IMG/VR virus record: IMGVR_UViG_3300025389_001023
Coordinates: 1 to 64,000 of that record
DNA: 64,000 bases
Source of the DNA: a virus
Taxonomy: Duplodnaviria; Caudoviricetes
Reading direction: 5' to 3' (one strand)
Below are positions 21,178-30,696 of this stretch, in pieces. The position numbers and the translations under genes are program-made. A model generated the notes under the pieces. That model was not told the DNA's origin. It did not search any database and saw only the letters and a program-made list of their open reading frames with translations. Numbering within the stretch: the first letter of the stretch is position 1; each line of letters begins with the position of its first letter.

Positions 21178-21193
21178 GTTTCTCCTAACATTA

Positions 21194-21232
21194 AAAATAA
21201 GAATCGGGCTTTACAACAGTAGGTGCCCGACT
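21194..21232 (-). terminator. Rho-independent terminator
   Basis: GTCGGGC...GCCCGAT stem followed by TCTTATTTTT on the minus strand. Confidence 0.65.
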
Positions 21233-21246
21233 GACCTTTTACCTAA

Positions 21247-21501
21247 TTACAGACCTAATGCTAAAGCACGATAGCCGGCTGCCACGATTTCACGTGATGG
21301 CTTACCCAAACGATACTTAGTAGATACACGACCTTTAGTATCTGTGTGCTTGTTTGCATAAACAGCATAACCTTCGAAACGCAAGTTGCTAATTGTGGCA
21401 GTTGGGTTCTTCACGCTGAAACGTGCGGCGATTTGTTTTGCTGTAAGTTGCTCACCATTTTGTAGTGCCTCTAGGACACGATTTTGCTTAGTTAATGTCA
21501 T
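21247..21501 (-). CDS. Small winged-HTH DNA-binding protein
   Basis: Start MTLTKQ with SD AAGGA; LTAKQIAARF...ATISNLR. Confidence 0.65.
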   Translation of the reverse strand: MTLTKQNRVLEALQNGEQLTAKQIAARFSVKNPTATISNLRFEGYAVYANKHTDTKGRVSTKYRLGKPSREIVAAGYRALALGL

Positions 21502-21597
21502 TTTGATTTCCTTTGTTGTTTCGTTGTTCTCACAACGTACATAGATTATACGATAATAACGATTATCAAACAATACTGTTTGGATACCTTGTTTCAT

Positions 21598-22446
21598 TTA
21601 GATATCCAAAAATACTAAATTAAATGGTTCATCGTCACTTCTTTCACCTGGATATCCAAGTGGGTTACAAATAACCTGTGTGGTACCAACCATGTAATCA
21701 CTATTGTCATGCATGTGACCATGAGTCCATAAAACAATTTGTGGATGGTCTAAAATAAACTCACTTAAATCACTTGCGTAACCACCATTCATAATATAAT
21801 CATGGCGATATTTTTCATGGATACTTTGATACGTGGGAGCATGGTGTCCTACGACCACACACTTTTTATCTTTGTTTTCTGTTAAGATTTTATCAAAGAC
21901 ACGTAATGTACCAATGTGGCGAGTGACCACATCCTGTGAACTTAATCTGGCATAATTTCTGTCATCGTTTTTAATGATACGGAAATCATTCATCATTGTT
22001 GGAACTGCCTGCATTGTAAGTGGATCCATTTTGTTCATGTCTGTCCATAATGTACCACCAACAAAAACCACATCATCAATTGTTACACTAGTGTCTTCCA
22101 AAAAGTGTACATTGGGAAAACGTTCACACTCCTGACGCAAATAGTCAATACTTGCATGAAACTTACCATGATAAAATTCATGGTTCCCTGCAACATAAAC
22201 CACATGTGGAAATTGAAAACTACAACGCTTTAAAAAGTCACGGAAATCTCTAGCACGTTGTTGTCTATGTCCTAAATTTTCAATATTGGTTGGGTCAGCA
22301 GGATGAACCTCAGGATGGTCATGCAAGTCCTGAGCAATCATGATATCACCGCTTAGGATTAATACATCAGCATTTTGTGTATTCTTGATAATTAACCCAA
22401 CATTAAATTCCAAATGCAAGTCACTACAGACTGCTATTCTCATCAT
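21598..22446 (-). CDS. Calcineurin-like metallophosphoesterase
   Basis: SDLH, SGD, GNHE, HHAP and HGHMH motifs. Confidence 0.9.
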   Translation of the reverse strand: MMRIAVCSDLHLEFNVGLIIKNTQNADVLILSGDIMIAQDLHDHPEVHPADPTNIENLGHRQQRARDFRDFLKRCSFQFPHVVYVAGNHEFYHGKFHASIDYLRQECERFPNVHFLEDTSVTIDDVVFVGGTLWTDMNKMDPLTMQAVPTMMNDFRIIKNDDRNYARLSSQDVVTRHIGTLRVFDKILTENKDKKCVVVGHHAPTYQSIHEKYRHDYIMNGGYASDLSEFILDHPQIVLWTHGHMHDNSDYMVGTTQVICNPLGYPGERSDDEPFNLVFLDI

Positions 22447-22451
22447 AACTC

Positions 22452-22853
22452 CTAGCCCCGTCTCATGCGGGAAATTTCTACTGCTTCCTCGTCACTAAAG
22501 ACCGGTACTGCATTACTCTTGTGCATTGTTGCAATACCTTTAACTTTAGTGCCCGTATATACCTTAGGCGGTGCCACTGTTGCAGTACCACCAACACTAT
22601 TTAAACTTTTAATATGTGCTGTAGTATTTCTGCCCTCAGGAATTTTTAATGAATAAGAACCACTCAATGAACCTGCACTTAATGCTCGTACACGTTTCTT
22701 TTCTTCAGCCTCAACTCCCCACTTCTTTTGAAGTTCCTTCCAACTCTCATCTAACTCACGTGCCTTACGTGCATGTTCGGCACTGGCAAATTTGCGTTTA
22801 CTCTTTTTCTTGCCTACTGTACTAAGCCATGGGCCCTCTAAATGCATACTCAT
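22452..22853 (-). CDS. Conserved phage hypothetical protein
   Basis: YTG...GIATMHKSNAVPVF motif. Confidence 0.65.
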   Translation of the reverse strand: MSMHLEGPWLSTVGKKKSKRKFASAEHARKARELDESWKELQKKWGVEAEEKKRVRALSAGSLSGSYSLKIPEGRNTTAHIKSLNSVGGTATVAPPKVYTGTKVKGIATMHKSNAVPVFSDEEAVEISRMRRG

Positions 22854-23185
22854 TTGATTAACTCCGCAATATGTTTACAAGCACCACGATATGTATATCC
22901 GGGACACGTACAAGATTTTTCCTCTGTGTCAATAGAATATACAGAACCTTTACTACCAGTCACTTTGATAATTGTACTCTTTTCTTTAATTTTTGTAAAG
23001 GGGTTTGGCTTAACCGTTACAAACTTGCGACCACGCTTGTCAAAATTTTTGATTGGATTTTTGAAATAGAAGGGCGTTTTCTCACCCTTCTTGATGTATG
23101 CTACTAGATTATTTCCATCCAACAGATATGTATGATTCGGTGTATTAGAATCGGCCCAAACTGTTGTTTCTAGTAACGCTTCCAT
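22850..23185 (-). CDS. SWIM zinc-finger protein
   Basis: CTCPGYTYRGACKH. Confidence 0.8.
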   Translation of the reverse strand: MEALLETTVWADSNTPNHTYLLDGNNLVAYIKKGEKTPFYFKNPIKNFDKRGRKFVTVKPNPFTKIKEKSTIIKVTGSKGSVYSIDTEEKSCTCPGYTYRGACKHIAELIK

Positions 23186-23403
23186 TATACAAGTCCTAAT
23201 TCTTTATCAAATGAAAATTCCAATTCAGCTATATATTCTTCAAACAATCCTACATCCATATAACTGTCACCGGACACTTCAATTGTTATCCAATCATCTT
23301 TCAATTCAAACCTATGCATGGTCAATTGATTGACAACAATATAATCTATAATTTTTGTCAGATCCCAATGTCGGAATACTGACATTGTAACATTGTTATT
23401 CAT
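23185..23403 (-). CDS. Hypothetical protein
   Basis: ORF track. Confidence 0.5.
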   Translation of the reverse strand: MNNNVTMSVFRHWDLTKIIDYIVVNQLTMHRFELKDDWITIEVSGDSYMDVGLFEEYIAELEFSFDKELGLV

Positions 23404-23864
23404 ACTTCATCAGCCTTTTTTTCTATTGTAAAAGCCTCTTCAAGTGGAATATATTTACCTTCTGTTTTGTAAAAACATACATACCATTTACCATCAGTAC
23501 GCAGGATATACTCATATTCCTGATAGTCATGGTGTGTAACATACTCATCAAAATTTGAGAATTTTGCAATAGCAAGATCCTCACCACGATCACGACCATA
23601 AAATGTAGTCATGTTACCAAAGGTAGCTTTGAACACATCTTCAGGCATTTTAGTATCAAATTGACTGAAAGGATGTTGAGTACCAATTTCAGGACGCAAA
23701 CTTGAAATACCACCGAGGTCAATTAAGTCACGAACCTTGAATGGATCCATGTAATATTCTTGTAACAATTTACCATTGTTATCAAGATAACCATCCCAAT
23801 GACAATATACTTGTTGTACTGTACCATCGGCAAATTCAAGAGCGATTGTTGAGCGAGTAGCCAT
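23400..23864 (-). CDS. Conserved early phage protein
   Basis: MATRSTI...YCHWDGY...YGRDRGE; directly after a sigma70 promoter. Confidence 0.7.
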   Translation of the reverse strand: MATRSTIALEFADGTVQQVYCHWDGYLDNNGKLLQEYYMDPFKVRDLIDLGGISSLRPEIGTQHPFSQFDTKMPEDVFKATFGNMTTFYGRDRGEDLAIAKFSNFDEYVTHHDYQEYEYILRTDGKWYVCFYKTEGKYIPLEEAFTIEKKADEV

Positions 23865-23897
23865 TTGTTTGTCCTTTTGTTTACTGTTTAAGATTCT

Positions 23898-23926
23898 ATT
23901 ATATACCCAAACCGATTTATTGTCAA
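23898..23926 (-). promoter_or_regulatory. Early sigma70 promoter (repeat copy 1)
   Basis: TTGACA-ATAAATCGGTTTGGGTA-TATAAT; perfect consensus with 17-nt spacer. Confidence 0.9.
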
Positions 23927-23930
23927 CCTT

Positions 23931-24203
23931 TTACACCAAGTCAACTTGGACTTGTTTGCCACGAAGGGTATGACCTAGACCTGTTGGGACGGGTTCGTTT
24001 TTGCGCTTGGCTTCATAACGCAAATAAGACAGTTTAATCAACGAATCCCAGCACAATGTACGGGCGTTAACTGTAGCAAATTGTTCGGTCATTTGCTGGA
24101 TAGTCATGTACATACCAATGTCGTTTTCAGAACCATCGCCCTTGAAAATAACACGGAATTTTTGAGAATTTTTGAAGCCGTCAATCACAGTTTTTGTACG
24201 CAT
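23931..24203 (-). CDS. Early hypothetical protein
   Basis: Start MRTKTV with SD AAAGGA. Confidence 0.6.
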   Translation of the reverse strand: MRTKTVIDGFKNSQKFRVIFKGDGSENDIGMYMTIQQMTEQFATVNARTLCWDSLIKLSYLRYEAKRKNEPVPTGLGHTLRGKQVQVDLV

Positions 24204-24232
24204 TTCAGTTCCTTTAATCAATCAATACATGT

Positions 24233-24261
24233 ATTATATACCCAAACCGATTTATTGTCAA
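24233..24261 (-). promoter_or_regulatory. Early sigma70 promoter (repeat copy 2)
   Basis: Identical 29-mer to copy 1. Confidence 0.9.
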
Positions 24262-24263
24262 AT

Positions 24264-24503
24264 TTAGGAGCCTTTATAAAAGTCCCGCAGGCCATACTCT
24301 ATTGCTACGTAAGCCAAGTGACCCTTTACCGCATCCTCGTAAGTATTGTAGGTTTCTACAACATTACTGTCACCGGACTCATAAAAAATACAAGTTTCAT
24401 ATTTGTTCGGTGATAAACTTGCGGAATTCAATTTAACTGTTGACACATCAGTTTTACCAATTTTGTTAAAAGCAATGGTCTCTGGCATCACAAAATTTTC
24501 CAT
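24264..24503 (-). CDS. Early hypothetical protein
   Basis: Start MENFV; VSTV...YETCIF...AVKGH. Confidence 0.6.
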   Translation of the reverse strand: MENFVMPETIAFNKIGKTDVSTVKLNSASLSPNKYETCIFYESGDSNVVETYNTYEDAVKGHLAYVAIEYGLRDFYKGS

Positions 24504-24504
24504 A

Positions 24505-24996
24505 TTAGGATCCTGTTGACAAAAATAAGATTTCAGGAGAAATAGTACTTTGTTGGAAATGCTCAATATATGAATGATGAGTATCAGCCTGAGTAATTGC
24601 CGCATTAGCCGCAACATACAATGCCGCCCATGTTAAACCATTGATTTCCACAACAATGTCACGTCCTGTGCTGTACTCTTTATAAACCACCTGTTTAGCA
24701 CCCTCGTAAGGATGACGGTCATTGAGATTGTCAATCTCGTAAATACTCCAAGTAGTACGCAAACCTAGGTCATCACGCACACTAGAAAAATGATCCATCT
24801 TAGTTTCAAAAGCCTTGTTGTCCTGCTCGTAAGCACCTTTGAGTGCCTCTTGCATTTCCAATTGTGCGTTGACCAATTTGAGCAACAATTTGCTGTCAAC
24901 CACACCCTCTAGCTTAGAGGTGATTGAGGAAATATCAATCATTGCATTGTGAATTTTGCTAAATTCTTGGGAAGTAAGAGTTGGGTTGCAGTACAT
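24505..24996 (-). CDS. Early hypothetical protein
   Basis: Start MYCNPT with SD AAAGGAG; C-terminal HHSYIE...LSTGS. Confidence 0.65.
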   Translation of the reverse strand: MYCNPTLTSQEFSKIHNAMIDISSITSKLEGVVDSKLLLKLVNAQLEMQEALKGAYEQDNKAFETKMDHFSSVRDDLGLRTTWSIYEIDNLNDRHPYEGAKQVVYKEYSTGRDIVVEINGLTWAALYVAANAAITQADTHHSYIEHFQQSTISPEILFLSTGS

Positions 24997-25025
24997 AAAA
25001 GCTCCTTTAATCAATCAATACAAGT

Positions 25026-25054
25026 ATTATATGCCCAAAACGATTTATTGTCAA
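25026..25054 (-). promoter_or_regulatory. Early sigma70 promoter (repeat copy 3)
   Basis: TTGACA-ATAAATCGTTTTGGGCA-TATAAT. Confidence 0.9.
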
Positions 25055-25058
25055 ATTT

Positions 25059-25280
25059 TTAGGCTGTTTTTTTATCCAAAATCTTGTCGGATAAACGTTG
25101 TTTTTCTGCAACAACTGCTCTGGCCATTTGGTCCAAATAGATTTTTTGCTTTTTCTTGGGCAAATCCTGCATCATTTCTCCAACTAGACTTTGGAGATAT
25201 CCTGAGGAATATGCGTAGGTGTCATGTGACTGTCTTGTGACTTTTACAAACTCGTCAACCAAACCATAAAATTCTGACAT
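25059..25280 (-). CDS. Early hypothetical protein
   Basis: ORF track; SD AAAAGGAG. Confidence 0.6.
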   Translation of the reverse strand: MSEFYGLVDEFVKVTRQSHDTYAYSSGYLQSLVGEMMQDLPKKKQKIYLDQMARAVVAEKQRLSDKILDKKTA

Positions 25281-25310
25281 ATAAGCTCCTTTTGTTCATT
25301 CAATACAAGT

Positions 25311-25339
25311 ATTATATGCCCAAAAAGATTTATTGTCAA
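25311..25339 (-). promoter_or_regulatory. Early sigma70 promoter (repeat copy 4)
   Basis: TTGACA-ATAAATCTTTTTGGGCA-TATAAT. Confidence 0.9.
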
Positions 25340-25342
25340 CCT

Positions 25343-25918
25343 TTACAATGATTCTAAAATGTAGTCCGCGGCCCCTAGGTCTATCATTTCTTGGGCACTT
25401 AGCCAAACATCGGTAGTGTGTAACAGTTTCTTTTTTACTGTGTTTTCGTCTAGGTCAGTTGCTAATACCAATGTTTGAACCATTCTATCGTTTAACCTAT
25501 CGTTTTCTTTTACCATTGCTTTAATGTCATGGTACTTGTATCCATCTTCACCACCTGAGAATTGGTGACACATGATACCTGTGTTTTGTGCGATGTAACG
25601 TTCGCCCTTAGCACCACTTGCAAAAATTAAAAAAGCGGCACTCATAATGTTACCAATGCCAATTGTTCTAATGGGGTGAGTACTACTTTTCATTACATCA
25701 ATCAATGCAAATCCTTCGTACATCTCCCCACCTTGACTATTGATATATAGGGTTAATGTTTTTTCTCTTTTATCTAGGTTCTCATACACAATCCATTTAA
25801 TGGCTTCACTAATAGTTTCGTTATCAATCGATCCATTTAGAAAATGTACATGATTGTTTAATAATGTTACACCAACTCTGTCCGTTGCGTTAAATTCTTC
25901 TATTTTCTTAGTTGCCAT
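25343..25918 (-). CDS. clpP: ClpP-family protease (divergent paralog)
   Basis: LYINSQGG, IMSAA (Ser), CHQ (His), TDVWLSA..GAAD. Confidence 0.85.
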   Translation of the reverse strand: MATKKIEEFNATDRVGVTLLNNHVHFLNGSIDNETISEAIKWIVYENLDKREKTLTLYINSQGGEMYEGFALIDVMKSSTHPIRTIGIGNIMSAAFLIFASGAKGERYIAQNTGIMCHQFSGGEDGYKYHDIKAMVKENDRLNDRMVQTLVLATDLDENTVKKKLLHTTDVWLSAQEMIDLGAADYILESL

Positions 25919-25928
25919 TTTTTATCTC

Positions 25929-26570
25929 TTAGAATGTGTGTGAACCTAAATTGTCTTCTCCTACCCCTGTCTTACCAGACCAAAATGTATTGAATGATAA
26001 TGTTCTACGCATTGGTGAACCAGATGGTATTTCTTCTACAAAATGATGTAAGCTACTTAAGAACAATACCATGTGATTTTGTAGATTGTTAATACTAACT
26101 GGATCAATTTGTTGGTCTGCAACTAATGCATACAATGATGCATATGTTTTATTTTTTGTAACAAAATAAGGAATCTGTGGTAAGTATGATTCAATGCATA
26201 AGTTTAAATTACTAGGATTATTATCTAAAAAGATAACACCACTAACAATACTAAATGGATGAATGTGGTCATGATGATTTTCACCTACTTGAGTTTTATT
26301 AGCCCAGCTTTCTGTGATTTTGATATTTTCATACATACCCTTGATATGCAATGTGTTATCAACAAACTGTCTGCATTCTTCTTCAATAAATTCTTTTGCA
26401 TCAGCAAAAATGCTTTTATCTAAAAAATGCTTATCTACACTTATTTGATTACCAACATTTTTTGTAAATTCGCTGGATGATAATTCACCATCTACGTCTT
26501 TAAAATCTAACACATCAGTTAAATCTTTTACCAATATTAACTGTTGGCTCAAGTTAAATAATAAGTTCAT
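25929..26570 (-). CDS. Putative 2OG-Fe(II) oxygenase
   Basis: SWAN...HIH..SIVSGV...LFLSSLHH.V...RRTLSFN. Confidence 0.75.
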   Translation of the reverse strand: MNLLFNLSQQLILVKDLTDVLDFKDVDGELSSSEFTKNVGNQISVDKHFLDKSIFADAKEFIEEECRQFVDNTLHIKGMYENIKITESWANKTQVGENHHDHIHPFSIVSGVIFLDNNPSNLNLCIESYLPQIPYFVTKNKTYASLYALVADQQIDPVSINNLQNHMVLFLSSLHHFVEEIPSGSPMRRTLSFNTFWSGKTGVGEDNLGSHTF

Positions 26571-27157
26571 TATTCTCTCTTTTCAATTATCTTATCTACA
26601 AGCCCGTATTCCAATGCTTCAGCTGGACCCATGAAGTTATCACGTTCCATGTCAAGTGTTAATTCTTGGAATGTTTTACCTGCACTATTGTGTTTAACAT
26701 AGATGTTGGTTAAATTCTTTTTCATCTCCAATATTTCTTGCACTTGAATCATCATGTCAGTTGCTTGGCCACGTGCGCCACCGCTTGGCTGATGTATCAT
26801 GTGTCGTGCATTTGGAAGAATATAACGTTTGCCTGGTGCACCTGCTTGAGCAAGTAAGCTACCCATTGAACATGCTTGGCCCATTACAATAGTAGTAACA
26901 TCGGGTTTAATAAATTGCATTGCATCATAAATTGCCATACCGGCTGTAACGCTACCGCCCGGGCTGTTGATGTAAATATTAATATCTTTTTCGCTTTCAC
27001 TTTCTAAGTAAAGCAGTTGGGCAACAATAAGATTTGCCATTTGGTCATGTACTTCGCCCTCAAGCAAAATAACACGGTCACGTAAAAGACGGCTATAGAT
27101 ATCATAGCTACGCTCACCCTTTGAGGTTTGCTCTAAAACCATTGGAACTAAACTCAT
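26570..27157 (-). CDS. clpP: ATP-dependent Clp protease proteolytic subunit
   Basis: [50 protein letters not shown]. Confidence 0.97.
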   Translation of the reverse strand: MSLVPMVLEQTSKGERSYDIYSRLLRDRVILLEGEVHDQMANLIVAQLLYLESESEKDINIYINSPGGSVTAGMAIYDAMQFIKPDVTTIVMGQACSMGSLLAQAGAPGKRYILPNARHMIHQPSGGARGQATDMMIQVQEILEMKKNLTNIYVKHNSAGKTFQELTLDMERDNFMGPAEALEYGLVDKIIEKRE

Positions 27158-27244
27158 AATTCTCCTTAAATAGATATAATCATTTTACATGATATATTTA
27201 CTTAATTCAAATTTTATGGCTGGATTTTTTTTATATTGGGTAAG

Positions 27245-28702
27245 TTAATCGGTAACTTTGAAACTTAAACCAGCATCGCCAGGGCTACCGGGAGACATTT
27301 TGGTATGTAATGAAACATGACCGTCAACTTTACCTGGCCATAAAACGTCGGTTGTTAATTTTTTACCCACAATACGTGAGAAGATTTGGATAAAGTTCTC
27401 ATCCAATAACTCTAATACTGTTTTTCTAAAGCTATCAATCAATCCGCTTTCATTAATGATGCGAACCAAATCTTTTGTAACCACATAAGCAAGTTTACCA
27501 CCATCAGTGCCTTTACTTGCTTGAATACTCGGTGCTTGAATCAATGTTTGAAACTGTTCAGGCATGGGCTCTGCACCCTTTGAATTGATATTCTTTAATA
27601 CTTGTTTCATGTCGCCACTGATAAATGGCAATAGACCTTGATACTCAGGTGGTACCATGTCAGGGTGATTGTAATACAACCAGTTCATACCAGCAAAGCC
27701 TTGTACACTAACAGGCTTAACTTGAATAATGCCATTAATAAAATCTAATGCATTGCCTTTTTTGATTCTATTTTTACGTTTTTCAATTGATGGTGCTAGA
27801 CCACTAAGTGCAGGAGCCGCTCCACTTGCAGTACTACCTTTACCACCTTTACTACTAATCATAATTGTGTGACCAGTACCAGCATTCTGTACTCCATAGC
27901 TATCTTGCAATGATGCATTCTGTTCACCAGGGAATATTAGTGCTAGTCCACCAAAGTCAGGCGCACCTAAGAATTTTAAAAATCTATCACGTTTTGGAAA
28001 GTTTGCAATGTTATTTACCATAGCGAGAATACCCAAGTATTCTCCTGCGTCAATTGCTATTTTCTTTTGTGTAGTTTCATCATAATTTTTCAAATCAGGT
28101 ATAACTTTGCTTTCCATTTGTTTGGCAACTTCTTTAATTGCTACACCTAAATCACCGGCTTCGTCAAGTGTACTATTAGTGACGATAGTGTTATACAATT
28201 TACTTGCAGGAATTTCTTTATGTGAATCCAATGCATGTTTAATTTCTTCATCAGTTGATAACACAACTTTGTCTTTTGGTTTCGTACCGGGCTTGTTGAT
28301 TGGATCAACTGCAATACCAATACCGATTGGTTGTACATTAACGTCAGTGGTCACTTGACCTTTTTTAGTCTGTAGGTCTGCCTTTTCAAACTTACTAACT
28401 GATACTGGCTTACCTGGTAGTTCTTCTCCCTGCGGAGTAACTATTTTATCAATTTGTAATGATATGCTTGGTAAGGGAGTGTTTGGTTGTTCTTTTAGTT
28501 TTTCTAGAAGATTATTAATAATTACTTCTGCTGTCTTGTATGACCTTTTGCTAGGGAAATATTGATTTCCATCTTTATCAACAAAGGGAGTACCGTCTTT
28601 TAATTTCTTTAGAAAATTAGCAGGTCTCCAATCAAGGTGACGTGGATCAAATAATGCCGCTGGGTTAAGTGGACTTTCAGTTAAAAATTCTGTTGCTCTC
28701 AT
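27245..28702 (-). CDS. Large late protein, probable internal head protein
   Basis: MRATEFLTE N-terminus; AATAAATA upstream; QDS...ISSK resembles a PD-(D/E)xK core. Confidence 0.6.
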   Translation of the reverse strand: MRATEFLTESPLNPAALFDPRHLDWRPANFLKKLKDGTPFVDKDGNQYFPSKRSYKTAEVIINNLLEKLKEQPNTPLPSISLQIDKIVTPQGEELPGKPVSVSKFEKADLQTKKGQVTTDVNVQPIGIGIAVDPINKPGTKPKDKVVLSTDEEIKHALDSHKEIPASKLYNTIVTNSTLDEAGDLGVAIKEVAKQMESKVIPDLKNYDETTQKKIAIDAGEYLGILAMVNNIANFPKRDRFLKFLGAPDFGGLALIFPGEQNASLQDSYGVQNAGTGHTIMISSKGGKGSTASGAAPALSGLAPSIEKRKNRIKKGNALDFINGIIQVKPVSVQGFAGMNWLYYNHPDMVPPEYQGLLPFISGDMKQVLKNINSKGAEPMPEQFQTLIQAPSIQASKGTDGGKLAYVVTKDLVRIINESGLIDSFRKTVLELLDENFIQIFSRIVGKKLTTDVLWPGKVDGHVSLHTKMSPGSPGDAGLSFKVTD

Positions 28703-28804
28703 AGTATTAGTATTTATTCATTTTATTAATATATTTATAGAAAAAATGCAGTAATGGCTTTCCTATAGTAAATACTATTTAAGTTCTATATTAAGGAGAA
28801 ACTC

Positions 28805-29125
28805 ATGTTTGAATTTTTGAAAAAGTTATTTTCACTAAAGCCTAAAGCAGTACCAGCTGAAGCACCTTATAAGGTCGAAGCACCTGTTGCACCTGTTGCA
28901 GTAGTTGAAACACCTTCACCAGTAGTTGAAAATACTGTACCTGAAGTTGCTAAAACAGAAGCAATTATATCAGGTGTTCCTTCTGCTGTTAAGAAGCCAC
29001 GTAAACCACGTGCTCCAAAGGTAGAGGCAGAAGCAAGTGCAATTACAGCTAAGCCTAAAAAAGCTAAGGCTGCAAGTGATAAACCAAAAGCACCAAGAAA
29101 ACCTAAAATCACTATCGCCAAGTAA
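28805..29125 (+). CDS. Lys/Ala/Pro-rich basic (histone H1-like) protein
   Basis: SD AAGGAG; KKPRKPRAPK, KPKKAKAA; late motif AGTAAATA at 28767. Confidence 0.65.
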   Translation: MFEFLKKLFSLKPKAVPAEAPYKVEAPVAPVAVVETPSPVVENTVPEVAKTEAIISGVPSAVKKPRKPRAPKVEAEASAITAKPKKAKAASDKPKAPRKPKITIAK

Positions 29126-29128
29126 TCA

Positions 29129-29830
29129 ATGAATGCAATTGGATTTGATTTAATTAGCGACCTTAACCTAATTGCTCAGGATAAGTTTAATTGGGAAGGT
29201 AAAGCTACAAGTTTATATTGCATAATTGCAGGTAACTTAAGTGATGATTTAGAAGTTATTAGACAAACATTAACGCATTTGTCTACGTGCTATCAGGGCG
29301 TGTTTTATACATTGGGATCTATGGAATATAATAGAACCAATGATATCAAAACACGGACCAATGAAATACATCAAATATGTAGTAAAATAAAAAATATAGC
29401 AATTATGTATCATCACGTTGTAGTGATTGATGGTATAGCTGTTGTAGGTGCTAATGGTTGGTACGGTAATGTACTTTCAATTGATCCGCACATTGATGCA
29501 TTAGTTGAACAGCACCGCAATGAAGATATTATATACTTAAAAAATACAATAGAAAAACTACAAAAACATTTAGATGTTAAAAAAATTGTAGTTGTTAGTA
29601 ATTCAGTTCCCAGTCCAAATTTATATTTTGGACAACAGCCAGAAATGGTTGGCAATCAATTAAATCTTAGTGTTGCTTTGTTAGCAGATACTGAGAACAA
29701 GGTTACTCATTGGGCTTTTGGAACGTATGATAAACAAGTTGATGTCGCTGTTGACGGCATCAACTATGTTAATAACGGTTGTTTTAGAAGAAATCCTTAT
29801 TGGCCAAAACGACTTGAAGTTATTTGTTAA
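29129..29830 (+). CDS. Degenerate metallophosphoesterase-like protein
   Basis: ISDLN, IAGN, GSME and HWAFG resemble MPP motifs with lost His/Asp ligands. Confidence 0.6.
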   Translation: MNAIGFDLISDLNLIAQDKFNWEGKATSLYCIIAGNLSDDLEVIRQTLTHLSTCYQGVFYTLGSMEYNRTNDIKTRTNEIHQICSKIKNIAIMYHHVVVIDGIAVVGANGWYGNVLSIDPHIDALVEQHRNEDIIYLKNTIEKLQKHLDVKKIVVVSNSVPSPNLYFGQQPEMVGNQLNLSVALLADTENKVTHWAFGTYDKQVDVAVDGINYVNNGCFRRNPYWPKRLEVIC

Positions 29831-30132
29831 ACTTCTTCTTCAATTTTAACTTGTAATGGGAAGCCTTTGCTACGTGCATCAAGTGTAACTTCTACACCTT
29901 TTTGCTCGGCAATTTCATAGGGCAATACTGCTACCACAGCACTACCTACATCGTGAATCGTGTGTGTAATTGACTGTGCTGTATCAACGTTATAATCAAA
30001 ATAACTAATTAAACTACCAACAACAAACTCCATGCTTGTAACGTCATCATTAAAATAAATTATTTTAAATAATGATGGTTCTTTTAATGCTAGATTTGGT
30101 CTAATTTTTACTTTTGTGTCTGCTCTTGACAT
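29827..30132 (-). CDS. clpS: Clp protease adaptor ClpS
   Basis: FNDDVTSMEFVV...IHDVGSAVV...EIAEQK...FPL. Confidence 0.9.
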   Translation of the reverse strand: MSRADTKVKIRPNLALKEPSLFKIIYFNDDVTSMEFVVGSLISYFDYNVDTAQSITHTIHDVGSAVVAVLPYEIAEQKGVEVTLDARSKGFPLQVKIEEEV

Positions 30133-30197
30133 GATTTAATAGCCTTTAATAGTTGTGATAGGAGTATGCAATCTGTGACTGCATACTCTCTATTATA

Positions 30198-30635
30198 TTA
30201 TTTAGTATAGGTAATTGCAATACTCTTTGGTTTCTTTTCTTCTGGAATTACACGTTCCAAATTAATAGTCAAGATACCATCTTTTTGTACTGCACTAGCT
30301 ACCTCTACATATTCGGCTAATGTGAATTCACGAACAAAATCACGGTCGCTAATACCTTTGTGTAGGTATTCATTAGCAGAAGTTGCTTTGGTTCCTTTGA
30401 TAGTCAATACACGATTGTCTAAATTGATATCAATTTCACCTTCACTAAATCCAGCTACTGCAATCTCAATAAGGAAGTTATCCTCAGAGAGTTTTACAAT
30501 ATTGTATGGGGGATAGTTGGTTTGATTTTGTTGATTATTAATTCGCATTAATTCATCTAGCATTGTATCGAAACCGATACCAAATTTGTGAATTGACGGA
30601 ATGTCGAGGGAACGAAGGGTTAATGTATTAGTCAT
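30198..30635 (-). CDS. ibpA: Small heat shock protein IbpA/Hsp20
   Basis: GIGFD, NYPPYNI, IAVAGF, YLHKGIS.R.F.R.FTLAE, DGIL, IPEEKKPKSI. Confidence 0.95.
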   Translation of the reverse strand: MTNTLTLRSLDIPSIHKFGIGFDTMLDELMRINNQQNQTNYPPYNIVKLSEDNFLIEIAVAGFSEGEIDINLDNRVLTIKGTKATSANEYLHKGISDRDFVREFTLAEYVEVASAVQKDGILTINLERVIPEEKKPKSIAITYTK

Positions 30636-30640
30636 GTTTT

Positions 30641-30696
30641 ATCTCCTTTATTAAGCAAGACTGTTATAATATAGACCCGATTATCGGCATCTACAT
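30641..30696 (-). promoter_or_regulatory. ROSE-like RNA thermometer in the ibpA leader
   Basis: GUCUUGCUU-AAUA-AAGGAGAU hairpin (UUGCU opposite the SD, bulged G) preceded by a second hairpin. Confidence 0.7.

Noticed and set aside
21552-21567. Fur box
   Set aside because: The GATAAT/ATTATC half-sites are 4 nt apart, whereas Fur boxes use 1- or 7-nt spacing.
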